Positions 60,159-64,000 of a stretch of DNA of 64,000 bases are shown here, in pieces; within the stretch, counting starts at the first letter, position 1; each line of letters begins with the position of its first letter. The translations under genes were made by a program, and so were the position numbers. The stretch comes from a virus (Duplodnaviria > Caudoviricetes). The notes under the pieces are model-generated. The model saw only the letters and a list, made by a program, of their open reading frames with translations, was not told the origin of the DNA and did no database searches. The stretch covers positions 1 through 64,000 of the IMG/VR virus record IMGVR_UViG_3300031998_000052; one strand, written 5' to 3'.

Positions 60159-61898
60159 ATGTTTAAACTCAAACAGGAACATGCCGAATTCCCTCCGCTC
60201 TACGAACACGTGGAACGGAAAACCGCAACCGTGAAGGATAAGGGCTGGGATAAAGTTGGCAATTTCGTTCTTCGTGACGGGGTTGACCTCATCCCACAGG
60301 ATGGCCTGCAAGAGAACCTGTGCTGGCTCGAAGCAAACCTGTTCTTCATCTGCGGCCAGGCAACGTCCGGGAAAACCTTCGGCATGATGCTCAAGGGATT
60401 AAACGGTGTCGGTAAGTATGGTTACACTGGCCGTCTCATCAACGTCCGAAAACTCGACTCCAGCAAGGGTACGTCCATGTTCCGTGACGCATCTACCGTC
60501 TGGGGCGAATTCTCCGGGTGTGAGGTGACTTCCGGAGAACTCCCCACCTTCGCATGGCCCATCTGGAATAACGCCATCCAGATGATACACGCCAACTTCA
60601 ACCCGGAGAACCCGAAGGAGTGGGATGATTTCCAGGAGTACATCAAGAAACAGCAGGCGGCATACATCGGAATCGACGAGGCTACGGCCATCGAGCAGTT
60701 CAAGATGTTCGCCTACATGTTCTCCCGTAACCGTGACGCGTCTGGCGTAGAGCCTTGCATGGTTCTATCCTTCAACCCGAAATACGGCCACTGGACAACC
60801 GATTTTCTCGTAACCGGCGGCTACATCGACCCGAAGACCTGGCACATCAGGCCGGAGATGGATGGCAAGAAGCGCTATTTCTATATTAAAGGAGATGACG
60901 CCACTTCCGTCGTATGGGGAGACACCAAGGAAGAGGTTGTGGAGGCCGCACACATCCGCATCAGCGCAGAAGACCGCGCTGCGGGCCTCACGGAGGCAGA
61001 TATGGTCAAGTCCTTTATTCTCATCACAGGATCTGCCGCAGGAAACCGCAAACTGGTTGCCGCTACCAAGGGGCAGTCTGTTGCCAACCTTCACAATGTG
61101 GGCGGCACCCAGAGGGCGGTCCTCTATGAGGCTTACTTCGGACCAACAGAGGATGAGGGCGTCAGCGTGACGGATGCTGACTTCCGGGCGCTTGAGACAA
61201 ACCCGCAGGACGATGACGAGAACATGTACGCAACCATGGATGTGTCTGGAGGTAAACTCAAGAGCGATGATAACCTCATGCTCATCTGGAAAGGTAAGTG
61301 CTGGGTTGGCGTTGAGGCTTTCCGTGGCACCACCTCCGAACTCGTGACATGGATTGACGATAAGCTGGCCTTCTGGGGCGTTCCGAAGAAGAATTTCGCC
61401 TTCGACGCCACCGGCCTTGGTTACTATCTCACGGGCTTCACCGACGGATACGCCATCACGGCCAACAAGACTCCGATTCAGGAGTACGATAAGCAGGGGA
61501 ACCCCGTCACCATCGAGCAATACTTCAACGTCAGGTCTCAGCTTCTGGCCAAGACCGAAGCGCTTCTCAAGACCGGCGCCTATTCGACAACTCTTGACCT
61601 CAATATGCAGATTCCATACGGCAAGAAGGGAGGGAAGCGCCGCATCATAGATATCCTGTATAACGAGAAGAATGTGTTTATGAAGGGACAGAAGAACAAG
61701 AAGATTCTTTACCGAAGCAAGGAGGAGTATATCGCAAGGTTCCACGAGTCCCCTGGCTTGATGGACCCGTTCTCTTACAGGGCCGTCTTTGAACTGGACG
61801 CCAGACCGAAGAAACAGCCCGAGAGGGTGATTGACGATTCGGCCTACCAAGGACTATATCAACAATATGACGGGGGACGCTCCGTCGTTTGGATTTAA
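60159..61898 (+). CDS. terL: terminase large subunit
   Basis: Walker A GQATSGKT, Walker B YIGIDEAT, RNase H-type nuclease YATMDVSG and FDATGLG; precedes the portal gene. Confidence 0.88.
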   Translation: MFKLKQEHAEFPPLYEHVERKTATVKDKGWDKVGNFVLRDGVDLIPQDGLQENLCWLEANLFFICGQATSGKTFGMMLKGLNGVGKYGYTGRLINVRKLDSSKGTSMFRDASTVWGEFSGCEVTSGELPTFAWPIWNNAIQMIHANFNPENPKEWDDFQEYIKKQQAAYIGIDEATAIEQFKMFAYMFSRNRDASGVEPCMVLSFNPKYGHWTTDFLVTGGYIDPKTWHIRPEMDGKKRYFYIKGDDATSVVWGDTKEEVVEAAHIRISAEDRAAGLTEADMVKSFILITGSAAGNRKLVAATKGQSVANLHNVGGTQRAVLYEAYFGPTEDEGVSVTDADFRALETNPQDDDENMYATMDVSGGKLKSDDNLMLIWKGKCWVGVEAFRGTTSELVTWIDDKLAFWGVPKKNFAFDATGLGYYLTGFTDGYAITANKTPIQEYDKQGNPVTIEQYFNVRSQLLAKTEALLKTGAYSTTLDLNMQIPYGKKGGKRRIIDILYNEKNVFMKGQKNKKILYRSKEEYIARFHESPGLMDPFSYRAVFELDARPKKQPERVIDDSAYQGLYQQYDGGRSVVWI

Positions 61899-61910
61899 CT
61901 TTATAGCGCT

Positions 61911-63500
61911 ATGCCAAACATCTCTGATTACATCAATGACTCCAAGAAGCAGTTGTGGACCCGCCGCGTCGTGTCCGCACCTGCCCCGGCGCAGAATCAG
62001 AAGGGAAGGAACAAGCGCCGCTCGGTGGTGCCGCCCGTCGGCTCTTTCATCACCCTGCGGCAGGAGGACTTCCTTAACGAGATTACGCCGAGCGCCCACG
62101 ACATCAACTCCAAGTTTATGTCGAAGCGGCCCATCTACAAAGACACCGGCATCAAGGACTCGAAGGGGCGCACCAAGTGGGAACTCGTCGGTTACGACGA
62201 TGTTGAGACTGTGGCCCTCGGCATCCAGGAGTGCATCATCGGAAAGAAGATCTCACACTTCGCCGGTGACGGATTCTGGACGTCCAACGAGACCGAGGAC
62301 AAGGGGGCTTACGACAAGCTCATCTCCTGGCTCGACATATCCGGCATCTCCAAGTCTGCCTGGCTCCAACTCGTCCGCTCGGTCTTCCGTACCGGAGATG
62401 GCGCCATCTATATCTACCGTGATGACAATGGCATTGACTACAAGGTCTTCGGTTACGAGGAAGGATCCGTCCTCTACCCGAAGGTCGATATCAACGGTAA
62501 CACCACGGTAGCCAGGAAGTACACCTTCGATGGACATGTAACGGTTGACATCTTCAACAGCGAGGGTATGGAGACCTGGATGCAGCTTGACGATGACGAT
62601 GACTCCATTATCCCGAAGGAGAATCGCACCAAGAGCGAAGACGGCTATGTCCTCGTGAAGAAGATGGCGAACCAGGCCGGGAAGAGAGTGCAGTGCATCT
62701 ACTTCCGCGTGCCGGACATTCCGACCGGACCGGCCCAGCTTTCCATCGAGGCCCTGGAGGATGCCTGCTCCTACATGTCAGAGGAAATGAAGAACAGCGC
62801 CTTCCCGATCCTGTTCCTCAAGACCGAAAACCTGGTCAGCCTTCCTCCGTCCGAGATGAACGGAAAGACCATCGGCGTCAAGGGAAGCACGGACGCACTC
62901 GCCCACAGCGACGCCAAGTTCCTCGACCCGCCGGATGCCAGCAACGTGGCCACCATCCACCTGGAGAATCTTTGGAACAACATCGTCCGCACCTGCATGT
63001 CCGTCTTCGTCGAGCCGGATGTTCTCAAGCAGGGCGCCGACTCCAGCACGACCATTAAGATCATGTTTGCGCCCGAGATTCAGTGGTGCCAGAATATCTG
63101 GCCCTACTTCTTCAAGGGGGTACGTGACCTTATGAACGTGATGAAAGCCCTGGTCGGAGCACAGGAGGGTGACGTGAAGAGGTACGAAAAGCTACTCATT
63201 TCCGTCGGCCCGAATGTCTGGATGCCTCAGAACATCGCCGAGCAGGTCAAAAATGAGTGCGACCAGGTGTACGCCCGCATCAAGTCCCGCGAAGCCGCCA
63301 TGGAAGACCTCGGGTCCCAGCATGTCGGTGACTACGGCAAGGTCAAGGAAGAGTGGGAGTACGAACTGCAAATCAAGGCCGAGATTCCCGCAAAGGTCAA
63401 GGCCAAATACGGAGTTGACACCGGAAGCGCCGGGGAAGAGAAGAACCCCAGCAAGCCAGGAGTTGACAACAACAGTTCCGGACGCACGATCCAGGAGTAA
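61911..63500 (+). CDS. portal protein (SPP1-like)
   Basis: 529 aa directly after the terminase; helical, with portal-like WQN...S..TI...F and SRE.AME segments. Confidence 0.8.
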   Translation: MPNISDYINDSKKQLWTRRVVSAPAPAQNQKGRNKRRSVVPPVGSFITLRQEDFLNEITPSAHDINSKFMSKRPIYKDTGIKDSKGRTKWELVGYDDVETVALGIQECIIGKKISHFAGDGFWTSNETEDKGAYDKLISWLDISGISKSAWLQLVRSVFRTGDGAIYIYRDDNGIDYKVFGYEEGSVLYPKVDINGNTTVARKYTFDGHVTVDIFNSEGMETWMQLDDDDDSIIPKENRTKSEDGYVLVKKMANQAGKRVQCIYFRVPDIPTGPAQLSIEALEDACSYMSEEMKNSAFPILFLKTENLVSLPPSEMNGKTIGVKGSTDALAHSDAKFLDPPDASNVATIHLENLWNNIVRTCMSVFVEPDVLKQGADSSTTIKIMFAPEIQWCQNIWPYFFKGVRDLMNVMKALVGAQEGDVKRYEKLLISVGPNVWMPQNIAEQVKNECDQVYARIKSREAAMEDLGSQHVGDYGKVKEEWEYELQIKAEIPAKVKAKYGVDTGSAGEEKNPSKPGVDNNSSGRTIQE

Positions 63501-63503
63501 CAG

Positions 63504-63533
63504 AAAAAGGGGCGCTTCACAGCGGCCCTTTTT
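63504..63533. terminator. bidirectional intrinsic terminator
   Basis: AAAAAGGG...CCCTTTTT hairpin between convergent genes. Confidence 0.75.
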
Positions 63534-63565
63534 CATCCAACTTTATGATTATGAAATTCTCGATA

Positions 63566-63597
63566 CAAAGATACGCAAAAAGCGTGCCACTTCCAAA
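63566..63597 (-). promoter_or_regulatory. nested housekeeping and sigma54-type promoter motifs facing the terminator
   Basis: Minus strand: TTTG(63597-94)-N20-TATCTTTG(63573-66), plus TGGCACG-CTTT-TTGC (63589-63575). Confidence 0.55.
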
Positions 63598-63632
63598 AGA
63601 AATGACACGCACATTGAATATGGTGGTGTAGA

Positions 63633-63986
63633 TTAGAAGGGGTCTTCGCTATCCGGCTGCTGGGATGCGGGGGCGGCAGCAGGCGCCGGAGCAGCGGCCT
63701 GGGCCTGGGCGCCCTCAATAGCCCAATCAAAGCAGGTTACATTGTGATACCACTTGTCGTTGTACTCGCGAGATGAGACGTCGTAGAAGAATTTACCCTT
63801 CTGTCCGACGCGGAGTTTTGCAAACTCCTCGGCGCGATTCGACCGACACTCAAGCATGAGGTTTGACGTGTAGCGGCCATTCTCATACTCAATAACGATT
63901 TTCGCGGTGGCCCAGGGGCCACGGCTACCCATTCCCCGTTCTATCGGGAGGACTTTGGTAATGCGTCCTTCAACTTCATTTTTCAT
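63633..63986 (-). CDS. DUF3127-family OB-fold protein, putative single-stranded DNA-binding protein
   Basis: EVEGRITKVLP...G.W......EY, SREYN.KWY..V..F.W and an acidic DSEDPF tail. Confidence 0.75.
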   Translation of the reverse strand: MKNEVEGRITKVLPIERGMGSRGPWATAKIVIEYENGRYTSNLMLECRSNRAEEFAKLRVGQKGKFFYDVSSREYNDKWYHNVTCFDWAIEGAQAQAAAPAPAAAPASQQPDSEDPF

Positions 63987-64000
63987 CTTCGGTTTTTATT

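Noticed and set aside
1-64000. Stop-codon reassignment as in some gut Bacteroidetes phages
   Set aside because: Terminase, portal, capsid and tape measure genes are full length under the standard code, and TAG, TGA and TAA all end genes.

Overview
The whole window is part of a tailed dsDNA phage genome (siphovirus-like: 2113-aa tape measure, tail tube, no sheath gene seen). The host is most likely in the Bacteroidales, judging from TAnnTTTG promoters, a DUF3127-type protein and A-rich translation starts. No host DNA or attachment site is visible. Layout: (1) 1-4846, leftward: tRNA-Asn, MazG-like pyrophosphatase, adenine methyltransferase, glycosyltransferase, HNH, DEDD exonuclease; (2) 4850-6790: divergent control region; (3) 5678-29662, rightward early/middle array of small ORFs with two beta-clamp-like genes, a serine recombinase, a GT2, a Toprim protein and ThyX; (4) 29714-60045, leftward: unknown cassette, lysis, tail, tape measure and head genes; (5) 60159-63500, rightward: terminase and portal. 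Main observations: a diversity-generating retroelement (DGR) with one template repeat (TR) and two variable repeats (VRs), one adjacent and one 18 kb away on the opposite strand. Its reverse transcriptase (RT) gene has lost almost its whole interior, and the 5' third of the TR itself looks adenine-mutagenised. There are three glycosyltransferase-like genes, and capsid, tail tube and distal tail proteins end in Gly/Ser tails, suggesting virion glycosylation. Six perfect sigma54-type (-24/-12) motifs are all oriented with local transcription. There are also two possible on/off switches: a 44-bp duplication in the methyltransferase and a G10 tract. All protein assignments come from motif recognition by eye; no database search was run.
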